A stretch of 64,000 nucleotides of DNA from Eledone cirrhosa. Its lineage: Eukaryota. The translations under genes were made by a program, and so were the position numbers. Shown here piece after piece: positions 26,196-39,900 of this stretch. Under the pieces are notes generated by a model that worked only from the letters and a program-made list of their open reading frames with translations, was not told where the DNA came from and ran no database searches. How positions within the stretch are numbered: position 1 is the first letter of the stretch; each line of letters starts with the position of its first letter. The DNA is taken from contig OZ024755.1 in the NCBI GenBank assembly GCA_964016885.1, positions 21,204,001 through 21,268,000 on the forward strand, in the 5' to 3' direction.

Positions 26196-27619
26196 ATATA
26201 TACACACACACACACACTGCAATTTGATATATATACATATGCATGTTTTAGAAATATAATGAGTTATCAGATTGCAACATTTGTTTATTGTTGAAATACT
26301 TTTAATTTCTTTTTCTATTATATTATCATTTTGAATTAAAAAAATAATTCCAGATAGTGTTGTCTCCCTTGCTGCGAATCACCAAATCATTCTGTGGGCG
26401 AAAGTGAATTAAAGTCGTTGTTGTGTGACGTCATCATTATACGTATTTTCCTGTAACAAAGAAAAAATACATTATTTTATTTCATATTTATAGAAAGAAT
26501 TTTAAAATCTATCTAAAGAGAGCTAAATAACTTTGTCATTTAAAAAAATTGTTTTTCACGACAATTGAATTAGTTTTCGATAAGTGACATAGAATGCTAT
26601 TATTGACCGCCATTCAGACCTTTCACGGCCGATAACTCTATACATATTTATTTTTTATGTGGGAGTTTAAAAATCATCTTTCGTTGAAATAACCACTTAA
26701 ACTCAATTGGAATACTTTTAAAATGTTTTTTATGCACTAAATAAGGAGTGAAATATTTTTTTCCCAGAAATGTATCCAATGAAAATTGATTAGCTACTAC
26801 AAATTATTCAAAACCGACTACAGTAAAGAAGCTGTAAATATATGACGCCAGTAAAGGTTTTAGCAAAACCTTTTAGTTTTAACCCTTTCCTATGTATATC
26901 TACCTATAATATTTTATTTTAATTGTTTTCTCGTAAGAATAGTTAATTTTTTCTAAATTTAATGATGTATTTTTATGAACAATATAACATTTTATAACTT
27001 GGACGTATTAACCCTACCATTTATTTTGTCTAATTTGTTGGTTGCAGTCGAATTTTATTTGTTGTCATATCTGAATGGCTGGATAAAATATAAAAACTCT
27101 CTTTAAATATACACACAAGTATTGAAGCGTAATTGGTAGAACTGGGCTGTTTATATATTGCCGTTTTTATTTTACTGGGCAAAAGTTGGACTGTTGGAGT
27201 ACGGTCCCTTTCAGTATTTCTGAAACAGGGAGCAGTTTTTGAAAGACCCTCCTTGAAAGATGTTTACTTTTTTCTATGTTCTCTTTGACCATCGTTATTA
27301 CTTGGTGTTTGACGCACCTGACTTGTGAGCATGCTAGCTTTTTGAAAATATTATCCTGTCGACTCTGTAATATGACTTGATTTATAACCAGGAAATCTAA
27401 TTGTCCAATTTAAAGTAGTTTGAAATCTGAAACTATTTTCTTTTAATGTATTCTTTCCTTCAACCTGTTTTCTATATACTGCCATAAGCCAACACTCTTC
27501 GTTTCACTCTTAACAATTGACTTGCTTTAAAGGATTTATTATTGTTTGAGGTGACATTTTTCTAGTTTCCTGTTTTTAACTATAATATACAATCACATAC
27601 ATTTAAATATCTAGCTTAT

Positions 27620-27767
27620 AGCTGTCCCCATGTTTACTCCTTCGCCCCGTTTTCTACTGTTCACCGCCTGAGCGGGATCAGTCTCAGGCGCGTGTTTTTG
27701 TCCCCTTGTGTCCCGTATATGTGTCTGTTACTTCGTGGTGTGCAATTATTATCGTCCAGTTTGTAGT
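27620..27767 (+). promoter_or_regulatory. Probable TFCP2 promoter / 5' UTR region
   Basis: Locally CpG-rich, repeat-free sequence (CGCCCCG, CCGCC, GGCGCG) immediately before the first coding exon. Confidence 0.45.
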
Positions 27768-27937
27768 ATGTCCGTCAACTGGTCAGATGATTCTTCAACG
27801 GCCGGAAAACGGTCAAAAATCATTCATAGCATCTCTCAAGTAACTAACTGGGATATTGATGGAGGTCTTGCTGCAGACTTTGATGGTTCGTTGTCCGGAC
27901 TCGGTTCTGAACTTGGTTCGGGAACTTACAATATGAG
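27768..27937 (+). CDS. TFCP2: TFCP2 exon 1
   Basis: MSVNWSDD...[20 protein letters not shown]; donor AG|GTGAGC. Confidence 0.9.
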
Positions 27938-30900
27938 GTGAGCTCCGGCAGTTTTTTTTTCTTTTTCTTTACTCTTTATTATTATTTTTTTTTAGCTTTT
28001 AACAAATGTTGATTTCCTTTATAAAACCACATGCTGTCATGTAGAAACTCCTGATTTCGACTGTAAGAATAGTGTGGCCTTCAGTTTAATAGTTTGTATA
28101 TTATTCTATCTATGTTTCTTACTCTTTTAGTATCTCTATCGAAAATGAAAGAGCCCCCAAAAAAGAAAAAAGTTTAATTCTCAAATTTTTTCCTGACTAT
28201 ATTTTTCTTTAATTGAATCTTCATTTTTGCAATTTTCTATTCCTGAGTTCATAGTTCTATGATCTCATCTTAACTTCATTACTGATATATTTATTCAAAA
28301 TACTCCTTCCATTGACTTTTCTAATCCGATAAACTAAAGCATGGTTATATCTTTCTTCTTCAGTGAAGCTCTTTTGGCTCTTCCAGTATTTAAGCAAGAG
28401 AATATTGAGAATGGGTTAGTGTATTTTCTGTATTTTTACTGGTTATTAAGCTATTAAAGTAGTTAATAACATTGTACTAGTTAAGGTAGTTAATATTGTA
28501 CTAGTTAAAGTTAATAATGATAGTAACTAGTTAAAGTAAAAGGTGTCAAAAGGTTCACTTGAACTTTTGATTTAAATAAAAGTTATTTTTTTTATTATTT
28601 CCAACATAGTTTACATAGATTTAAATATCTTTAACTTACCAGTTTATGGATAAAGTGAAAATTAGACTTTTTAGTAATCTTTTCAGTGCATTTTATTAAT
28701 TAAATCCACTGTTTTTTTTTCCTTGTATTTAAAAATCAAAATTAATTTTCGAACATAAAGGGGAAAATTCCAATATTGTAAATATTTCAAAATTAAATGA
28801 CAATGCTATAAATGTTGGTACATCTTTAGTTTAAATTCATTATGCATAATCTTTCAATGTTTAAGATTGGTGGTGTAAAAGTAAAAAGGTGGTGAATTGG
28901 TAGAGCACCAAATAAGATGTCATTGTGGTATTTGCTCTTTCTAAGTTCAAATCTCACTGAGGTTAACTTTGCCTTTCATCCTTCTGGTGGTTAGATAAAA
29001 TAAAGTATCAGTTAAGTACTGGGGTTGATTTAATCAACTATGCTCTCCACCCAAATTTGTTGGCCTTGTGACTAAATAAGAAATCAGTATTAGTTAAGAT
29101 TGATCTTAAGTCGCTTCTTACTTGAAAAGACAACTTTTCAGAGCTATGGTTTTATCCAGTCTTTGCAATGTTTGAATATTTGAAAATAGACTTTGTTTTC
29201 TTTTAAAGAATAACATTCTATAATGTTTGTAGTCCCTCTGGAGCCAATTAGGACATAGTTAGTATTGTTGGCTCAATTGGTTGGATGTTTAACATGGAAT
29301 TCTATAGAATTGTGCTCATTACTGCAAGTGTAGAATTCTGATGAGGAGCATAAGGAATATGGTAACAAAGTTTTTGAATTGAAAGAATGTTTCATAAATA
29401 TTGAAGTAGAATATATTTAAATAGTTTTGACCTTGATAAAGGCCTTGACCTTGGAAAGAAAACCTTGTTATATTTATAGTAAAGGTGTAAAATAGATTTA
29501 CATATTGTTGGTTGGAATAGCTACAGGTGTAGTGTAGTAATATATTGTTAATATCGTAGTCTGAGAAGTCTTTGTTTATTCAGTGTTGGTTTTTCTGCCT
29601 TTATAATAGGTTTACTGATCTTAGATTAGTAATTTGAGACATGTAGACCTTCTTCTTTTTCGTCACCCACTAATTCCTGGGAGGGTTGAGGGGTCATCAA
29701 ATACTCCTTCCGGTAGGTCCTGTTAGAAACAACCATCACCAATTGATCCAGCTGGATCCCCAAGCGAGACCAGCCGAGCTCATGGATGTTATTCAACCAA
29801 CTTGCTTGGAGTTGACACCTGGGTCTCCTGCCAGTTGGTTTTGTCTGTAAAATCTGTCCCCTTATTCTTTCCTGAGACATTCTAAGCACATGCCTATAAT
29901 ATTAGAGCTGTGATCTACCTAGAGCAGCTCTCTGATATCTGAGCTACGCAATCTATCTATGTAGTCTCATTTTCAAAATAGAGAGTTTAAAATAGATGTA
30001 TTTGTTTTATAGTAGTTCCCTTGCTAGATAAATCCTAAACATGTATCTACCACAGACACTATCAAAACCAACTATTGAGATGTCATTGTGACCAAATGTT
30101 TAAATCATCATGGGAGACATTTTGTAGTCATTTGACAATTAGAAATAACATAATCTCCCTGTGGGACTGAGAGGTAGTATTTATACTAACGTTTTTGGCT
30201 GATTTGGTCTATAATAGCCTGTCCAACCCTTGCTAATAGGGAAAACGGACACTAAATGATGATGATATGTATATGTGTGTATGTCTATACCAGTTGGCGG
30301 ACCATATCATGCTTGTACGTTTCATTTTCATCATGGTTTCTACAGCTAGATGCTCTTAACACCAGCTACTTCATAGAATCTATTGGGTGTATTTTATCAT
30401 GGCATCAACACTAGTGAAGTTCTCTTAAGCTTTGGAAGGCTAAAGACTTCTCTCTACTTTATAGTGTCTCCATTTGTTCAAGGCTATCTGACTACGGGGC
30501 TACAGAGGTGAATATAAGACAATGCAAAGACAGGAGAGAAACTATAATTGTTGTTTTTGTTGTTATAGCTTACATCTATGTCAGCTTAACTGACCTCCTA
30601 TGGGGTTGCATCTCATAAGAAGTTTCTCAATAGTTTTAATAATAAAGACCACACTTTCATTATGAAAAGATTCCTTGTTGGGCCCAGATGCCAGTTTGTT
30701 GCAGGGGTCAAACTCCTGTTACTGGTACCAACTTTTTTTCTTCAGCTCAATGAACTGGAGCAATGTGTAATAAAAGGTGCAAAAGTATAATAGGGGGAAC
30801 ATAGTTTGGGATGAGAGAATATTAGAGAAAGGGTTAATGGAAGAACCAAAGTAATGAAGTCTCGAGTTCATAGTTCTATGTTCTCATCTTAATTTCATTA

Positions 30901-33900
30901 CTGATTTCTGTAATATTTATTGTTATAAATGTTCCTTCCATTCACTAAAGTTATATCTTTCTTCTTCAGTGAAGCTCTTTTGGCTCTTCCTGTATTTAAG
31001 CAAGAAAATCTTGAGAATGGGTAAGTATATTTTCTGTATTTTCACTGGCTATTAACACTCAATGTCCTGTACTACATTAGCAAGACATTCTGGAAAAATA
31101 CAAAACAGGACTATGACTGCATCACATTAAAAATTGAAGTCTTTACTCAAATATTGCAAAGTTTCACAACAATCTGCCCCCAAGTAAAGATACTAAAAAC
31201 ACATTTTAAGGATAAAGTAAAAGTAATTTTTATCCCTCATGCTACCATATTTCTAATGAAAGACACTACTTATGATTTTCCAATCGTTTTTTAAATAAAA
31301 CTTCAAACCAATTGATCTAACTAAACTACAAATAACAAAAATGAAAAGAAAAACTGATATATGTACACTCTCATGCATTTTAACCATTTTGTTACCATAT
31401 TTTTAATGCAAGACACTGCACTGCCTATGATTTTCAAATCATTTTGAAAATAACAAAGGACCTTAATAATATAACTCTCATTATTAAGTTGGTGTTTGGA
31501 ACCTAACTTAACCAAGGTTTTTGCATAAAACTATGATGGAAATTTTAGCCAGTGTCTTTCATTAGAAATATGGTAACAAAAGGGTTAATGACATAGAAAG
31601 TGTTTTTTATTAGAAATATGGAAATGAAAGAGTTAATGACATAATTAGTGTCTTTCATTAGAAATATGGTAATGCAAGTGTTAAATTGTTTAAGTGTTGT
31701 CTTTCAATGTTATTTATTTTAACAGTTTCCAGTATGTTCTTGGAGCTGCAACATCCCCTGCTGTTAAAAGAAACGAGGAAACCCTTACTTATTTGAATCA
31801 AGGTAAATATAAAGAAAGAATATTTATAAAGTAGCTGGTGTTATGAAGGCAATCCTGCTATTGAAACCATGCCAAACAAAGAGCTGAATGGATTCATATG
31901 ACAATCTCCTTATGGTTGGTGATATTTAAAAAAATGCACCCATTACACTGTAAAATAGCTGTTGATGGGAAAGGTATCCAGCTGTAAAAACCATGTCAAA
32001 ATCAGAACTTGTGAGGCATAGCCTTATGTTCAATGGGATGGACAGTAGCCTTCAGCCCATCAGGGTTGACAGTAGCCTGAAGAAAGTATTGACTCATCCA
32101 ACTCATGCGAGCATGGACAAACAAGCATTAAATAATAATGATTATGATGGTAGTGGTGATGTAATGAGGATGATATTCCAATTGTAGTTAAAAATATAGT
32201 AATGAAAGATGGGCTAAAGAAATGTTTTCCTGTTTACTCTTGTGTTTTTACAGGCCAATCGTATGAAATCAAATTGAAAAAACTTGGAGACTTATCAAAT
32301 CTAAAAGGCAAATATCTCAGGGTATGTATATGTTCAAAGTTTGGTATTATTTTATCAGGAATTATTGTTTTCTCTTGGTAGGTTTAGAGAAAGGAGTAGG
32401 GCTCATGGCAGTATCTATTCTAACTCAGTTTCTCTAGAAAACAAGTAACATGATAGGATTGAGGCCCCTATTATTAAAACACCCTGGAAACCTCTGATGA
32501 GATGCAACTTCATATGCATGTGAAAATACTTGCCAGGTCCAGGAAGCTAACCCATAACCTCATGATTATGAGACCAAAACACTAACCACAAGAAGGTTAT
32601 GATTTTAAAACCTGACCTTTTGTTTTATTTTCATACTTCAGATCCTTCTAAGTTGTTCTGCAACTGTCTTTTAGTTAATGATTTTTAAAAAAGTATTTCC
32701 AATATTTTGACGTCACATCATAAGATTAAATAATACAAAAAGCATCCAGCGCACACTGTAAATGGGGTTGGCATTGGGAAGGGCATCCAGCCATAGAAAC
32801 TAAACCAGAAATAGTTTTGCATGAGCAGGACACAGTGATCTGATCTGACTTGTCTCACAATGGGACAACTCATCTAACCCATATACTAGTGTGAAAAATA
32901 GACGTTAAACAATGATGATTATGATGATGACATTGTAGAAATATTACAGATGATTGAATGATTTTATTTGCAGAGTGTTGTAAAAGTCTGCTTCCATGAA
33001 CGTCGTTTACAATATATGGAGAAAGAACAGCTAGAATTATGGCGCCTGACACGACCAGGGGAACGCTTGTTAGATATTGGTGAGTTCTTAGATAAAAAGA
33101 TCTCTTTAATTTTCATTTGTTTCTCTCTGTCTTGGTGGCATGATTAAATGTCAGATGTTTTTACATATTTTACGTCCATTTTCTATGCTGGCTTTTGTTG
33201 GGCAGGTTGTTATAGTCCAAGATAAACCAAACCATGCTCAGGTAGCCATATCTTGCTACTGTGTATGGGACACATTTTACAGTAGTACCAACACTATCAC
33301 TTTACTGTGTGTATTAGGTGTATTTGATCATGGCATCAACACTACAACTTTACAGTGTGTACTGAATACATTTTATCATGGCACCAACACTACCACATTA
33401 CAGTGTGTATTGGTTATATTTTATCATGGCACCAGCACTGCCTCTTTACAGTGTGTACTAGGTGTGTTTTATCATGGCACCAGCACTACAACATTACAGT
33501 GTGTATTGGGTGTATTTTATCATGGCATTAGCACTACTATTTTACAGAGTGTACTGGGTGCCTTATATTGTGGCACCAGTATTACCACTTTACAGAGTGT
33601 ATTGGGTGTATTTTATCTTGGTGCCCGCACTACCATTATATAGAGGGAATTGGGTGCCGTATATTATGGCACTAGCACTACAAATTTACAGAGTGTACTG
33701 GGTGCCATATATTGTGGCACCAGCAGTATAATTTTAAAATGTTTGTTTCCAACTAACTAATATATTGGTATAACAAAAGTTGTGTTTCTGTCATTATTCC
33801 AGATATACCTTTATCATATGGTTTAATTGATGTTCGTTTAGACCCTAATAAGTTAAATGCTGCTGAGTTTATTTGGGATCCAACTAAAGAGACTGGAATA

Positions 33901-36900
33901 TATATCAGGGTTCATTGTATTAGTACAGAATTCACCCCTAAAAAACATGGCGGTGAAAAAGGAGTTCCATTTCGAATTCAAGTGGAATCTCATACATCAG
34001 AGGATGGAGAAAGTAAACTACTTCATACTGCTTCATGTCAAGTTAAAGTGTTTAAGGTAAGAGCTTCAGAATTGTTTTTTGTAACATTTAACTCTTAACG
34101 AAACTGCATCAGCAAGGCATTTTCTCAAAAGTACAAAACAACACCATGGTTGCATCAGCATCATCACCATTTAACATCCACTTTTCCATGCTAGCATGGG
34201 TTAGACAAGTTGTCCCATTGTGAAACAAGCCTGGTCAGATGACCATGTCTTGCTCATACAGAACTGTTTCTGGCTTGGTTTCTATGGCTGGATGCCCTTT
34301 CTAATGCCAACCACATTTACAATGTGGGTTGGATGCTTTTTGTTGTGACACCTATATGACCACTTTACAGTGTGGGCTGGGCGCTTTTTGTCATAACACC
34401 TACACAACTACTTTACAGTGTGGGCTGGGAGCTTTTATTAATGTATCACATAAAAAATTAAATTCTTTATTGTAATACTGCAAATTTTCAAAGATCTATT
34501 CACAAATAAATATACTATAAACATTTGAATTAACAAACTTGTTTGTAGACATTTTCTGCTAAATCTTTACAGTATGTTAAGAGTTACAGTAAATGTTTTC
34601 AAAATTTTATGATTATAATTATTTTTTCATTTATAGAAGTTACACAGTCTAGCATTATACTAAATGGGTTCTGCCAAAAAGAATTATATAGTTCTGTCGA
34701 ATTGATTGGAGATATTAATCTCTTCTTTTGTGTTTCCATTTTATTTTTTCTCTGATTATCTTCAGATCATTTATTTCTATTTATATATACTTGTAGTGCA
34801 GGATTATATATAATAAACTGTTATATAGCACTTAATATTAATCCAAAACAAAGATTGAAAACAGTTCAGTAATTTTTAGTTAAAATATGAATAGAGAATC
34901 TTTAGACTCAAGGTAACTATTGATGTTATTATTTTTGGGGATTGGCAGTATTGGTAGAACATTAGACAACATACTTTGCAGTATATAGTTACGTCTCTTT
35001 ACGTTCTGAGTTCAAATTCTGCTGAGATTAGCTTTACCTTTCATCCTCACAGGGTCGATAAAATAAAGTACCAGTAACACACTGCCCCCACCACCACCAC
35101 CACCACCAAAAAAAAATACTCGCCTTGTGCCTATATAAGAAACCATTATTATTTTTTAGCCCAAAGGTGCTGATAGAAAACACAAAACAGACCGGGAGAA
35201 AATGGAGAAGCGAACAGAAGCAGAAAAAGTAAGATTCTTTTATTTATTTCATCTTAGATTTTGTTAGTTTTTGTATTCACACTATTCTAATTAGTAGTAA
35301 CTTTAATAATAAATTTGTAATATAATTAATTCATAATTACTATATATTTTTTATTGAAAGACCCTGGATTTTAAATGGCCAATATAACTCTACCCCTGGA
35401 TAACATTTCACAATAATTATAGTCTTGGTTTTCCTTTTCATACAGTTCAATAGCTTTGTTTGGCTATAATTGTTCTATATCAACTATATTTGTCACATGT
35501 AGCCCCAAGTCAACCATGATCAAACAGACTTATGTTTGTTCTTTCTTTTTAGGGGTATCTATGACTATATTATCTAACTTGTTCCTTCTTTTAAAAAATT
35601 TGAAGGAAATTTGGCTGATATTTCCAGCAGGTCATGCCACCACATAAAGACTTATATCATTAACTTGTATCATATGAAATATATGTATATGAAATTTATT
35701 TTGATTTTCTTACAAATTGTTCTCTGTTTACCAATAACTTAAGTTCACTTTTATTTTGATTCTATTGCAGGAAAAATACCAGCCTTCCTATGAATGCACA
35801 GTACTCACAGAGGTTAGCTTTTGGTTTTTATGCATCACAAAAAGAAATGTATTTTTTCTAAAACCTAATTTGAATGGAACAAAGTTCACTTTGATTGTAT
35901 TTACACAGGATAAAATGGTTATATATTTGTTATATAGAAATAATATTTCTATCGATTCTTTTAATTTAGCTTCTATTAAAATTATTTAGTCTTTGAATTG
36001 GGCACACTATTTATGTTACAAGCTAATTTTTATGTCATTAATATGTTAGGAAAGTAGAGTTTCAAAGGATGGAAAGAAAGATACATGGGTATTGTATTTC
36101 TTCTTATAATTTCATCATCTACTTATGAAACCTCTCAGTTGTGGACACATTTTTCTTACATGGCATGCTTGGTTCATAAAAAATCCTAGAATTTATGAAG
36201 AAGCTTTACATGTAATAATCTCAATGTGAGCACACAGGATGTGTTGTGGAATCACAGTAGGCTGACAGAAGGTAGATTTTATACCTAACAGGTGGACAGG
36301 AGTAGTCAACAGTAAGAGTACTCAGTTCACTGAGTGTTGTGTCCTGTACTGTCCTCTTTCATTGCTATATGTTTTAGTTTATACTAATATATAGTCTTCA
36401 ATAATAGAATGAAAATTATTCTATTCTCTTACTGGTTTCATTTAAAAAAAATATTGCTTAGTTTTCAGCCAACTCTCCTTTGCATTATTTCTGTTGTTCA
36501 AGTTTAAGTTGACAATTCATCAGTCAACAGATACAACCCCTTTCTACTTATTACACTTCTTCAGTTTCAATTGTGTACCCTTGATTGGCGTGATTTATTA
36601 TCAGGATATATGTATGGAGGATGGTTAGAAAAGGCATTTAGTTGTAGAACCTATGCCATTAAAGGGTTGATAGGACTTTTAGAATGTGTCAAGGACATGA
36701 CCACATCCATAATGATGGTTCCATACTAAAATGCACCCAGCAACACTGTAACAGAAGGGAATTTAGCTGTAGAAACCATGCGAAAACCAGAATGTATGTA
36801 AATGAGACATGCTCCTTCCCCACTCCCCAGTCCATCTGGAACGACAGTAGCTCTGATTAAGTATTTACTTAGTTCATGACAACCTGTCCAACCCATGCCA

Positions 36901-39900
36901 GCATAGAAAAACAGACATTAAATGAGGGTGGTGACATATAAAATGGCTTTTTTTAATCATGAAAACTTATTTTCTCCTTATATGGTAATCAATGGAGTAA
37001 GTAGCAATTTCATAGCAGTGTAGAAGCAAAGTGTGGGGACCTATTGGTTAAGGTGTTACACTCATAATCATAAGGTTGCAGATTCAATTTTTTGACTGGG
37101 CAATGCATTGTGTTCTTGAGCAAGACACTTCATTTCATGTTGCTTCTCACGATAGGACTGGGGCCCCTATCATTAAAACACACAAGAAATCTCCTGTGAA
37201 ATGTATCCTCATAGGTAACCAACTAAACCTACATAGGTGTGAACTGTCATTTACATTGAAATGTAGCCTCAAAGGTAACTACATAGGTGCGAGCTGTCAT
37301 TTACATTGAAATCTAACTTCAAAGGTAACTACATAAGTGTGAGTTGTCATTTACATTGAAAGTTCAGTCTTACAAGTGACTAGCTAAACCTACATAATAA
37401 AAAATAATGAAATTATTGTGTACAGTGCTCAGGTGCACTACAACTCATCAAAGGTGCATGTATAGTACATAGAATAATGTACAGATGTCAGGAAAATGAA
37501 CAGTGTGTAAGTCATGATATACATGTGTGTATGGGGTGGGGATATCAGGTATAGTGTTGGCGAATTTCAGGAAGCATGGAAGTTTTAAAGGATGTCATTT
37601 ACATTTGTTTATTTCAGTAGAAACAATACAGTTTCTCTTTGATATTATTAAAGTACTCAATAGTGGCAGATTTTGTGTCATAAAAATTAATAAACCGAAC
37701 TAAAGCTACAATCTTAATTTAGGTATCTTTCATTGGAGTCATTTCAGTTGCTAATTATTTTGTCAAAGGATTGTATTTCAGAAACTACAATCTTCACTAC
37801 ACTAAACAGCCTCTGTTTAAATCATTAATAATGTAACATACTGAAATATGCCAGTGTAATCTTCCATTATATATATTTATTTATTTATAGTTGGTTGTAC
37901 ATTAAATTCTGGCTTTGAATTTGAATTCTGATCAGTGAACATGTTTTCTGTAGTTTTTGTTTTGTTGTATATCAAATCTTTTGAGAAACCTCTTCACTAT
38001 TTTCTTGGAGTGGGACTTCTTCTTTCCACCTAGGAAAATGTTATGTATTCACACATGCACACACATGTATACATACTAACATGTTCATATACATACATGC
38101 AGGTTTCTCATCCTCCTTTCTGGTTGACATTAAGAAAATGGGATAAAAGTTTATTTTCTGAACACATATTTTAACAGGCGATCAGTTTCTTTAGTAACTA
38201 TTTGTATAAGAAGTGACATGTTATCTTATTAAAGTTGAAATGTTCTACTTCTTAGAACATGGACTCATAATCTATCAACTTTTCAGCATATTAAGGAAAC
38301 CTTTTTGTATATAATAAACTCTCTTTTGGCTCAAAATATATCCATTGAGAACAAGTGTAACATGTTAATGATTGTTCTTGCTAGAGTCTTTGATTTTGAG
38401 TATAAGTACAAAACTAACTAATTAACTATACAACTGTTTATGAATACCTGAAAATGAAGTTGAAATGTGTGGTTATCACAATAGCTACACTTTCAAACAA
38501 AACTGTTTTTAGAACATGGAATGATGACCCTAAAATTTTTAGTTCGTAGATAGAGAAATTTCACATAATTTATATTTTAAATATGTTTAGAGAAGAGATG
38601 GACGCTGTATTTTCAATCTTGTCCACTCCACTTGACTCTTCTTGACGTCTCAATTTCCATGCCACGTCAATTGAAGAAAGAGTTTATTTTATAACATGCA
38701 AGAAATAAATTTGCTTTATTGAATTTATGGTGGCCAAAATTTTCAAAACAGCAGAAAACTGATAGTCATTAGATTGGTACCACTGAATCAAAATCTTATT
38801 GATGCTGACTTTACTTAAGGAGCAGTGGATTGGTGGAATCATTAAAAGAGGGAAGAGAGAATGTGTTACAGTATCTGTTTTGGATCTGTCGGTTAGGATT
38901 TACGAGTGGTAGATAATATATTCCTCTAGTGACACTTCTGTTGGAGTGGTAGATAATATATTCCTCTAGTGACACTTCTGTTGGAGTGGTAGATAATATA
39001 TTCCTCTAGCGACATTTCTGTTGGAGTGGTAGATAATATATTACTATTGTGACACTTCTGTTGGAGTGGTAGATAATATATTACTATTGTGACACTTCTG
39101 TTGGAGTGGTAGATAGTATATTCCTCTAGTGACACTTCTGTTGGAGTGGTAGATAGTATATTACTGTTGTGACACTTTTGTTGGGAGTGGTAGATAGTAT
39201 ATTACTGTTGTGACACTTTTGTTGGGAGTGGTAGATAGTATATTACTGTTGTGACACTTTGTTGGGAGTGGTAGGTAGTATATTACTGTTGTGACACTTC
39301 TGTAGGAGTGGTAGATAGTATATTACTGTTGTGACACTTCTGTTGGGAGTGGCAGATAGTATATTACTATTGTGACATTTCTGTTGGAGTGGTAGATAGT
39401 ATATTACTATTGTGACACTTCTGTAGGAGTGGTAGATAGTATATTACTATTGTGACACTTTGTTGGGAGTGGTAGATAGTATATTACTATTGTGACACTT
39501 TGTTGGGAGTGGTAGATAGTATATTACTGTTGTGACACTTTGTTGGGAGTGGTAGATAGTATATTACTATTGTGACACTTCTGTAGGAGTGGTAGATAAT
39601 ATATTACTGTTGTGACACTTTTGTTGGGAGTGGTAGATAGTATTTTACTGTTGTGACACTTCTGTTGGAGTGGTAGATAGTATATTACTATTGTGACACT
39701 TCTGTTGGGAGTGGCAGATAGTATATTACTATTGTGACACTTCTGTTGGAGTGGCAGATAGTATATTACTATTGTGACACTTCTGTTGGGAGTGGCAGAT
39801 AGTATATTACTGTTGTGACACTTTTGTTGGGAGTGGCAGATAGTATATTACTGTTGTGACACTTTTGTTGGGAGTGGCAGATAGTATATCACTGTTGTGA

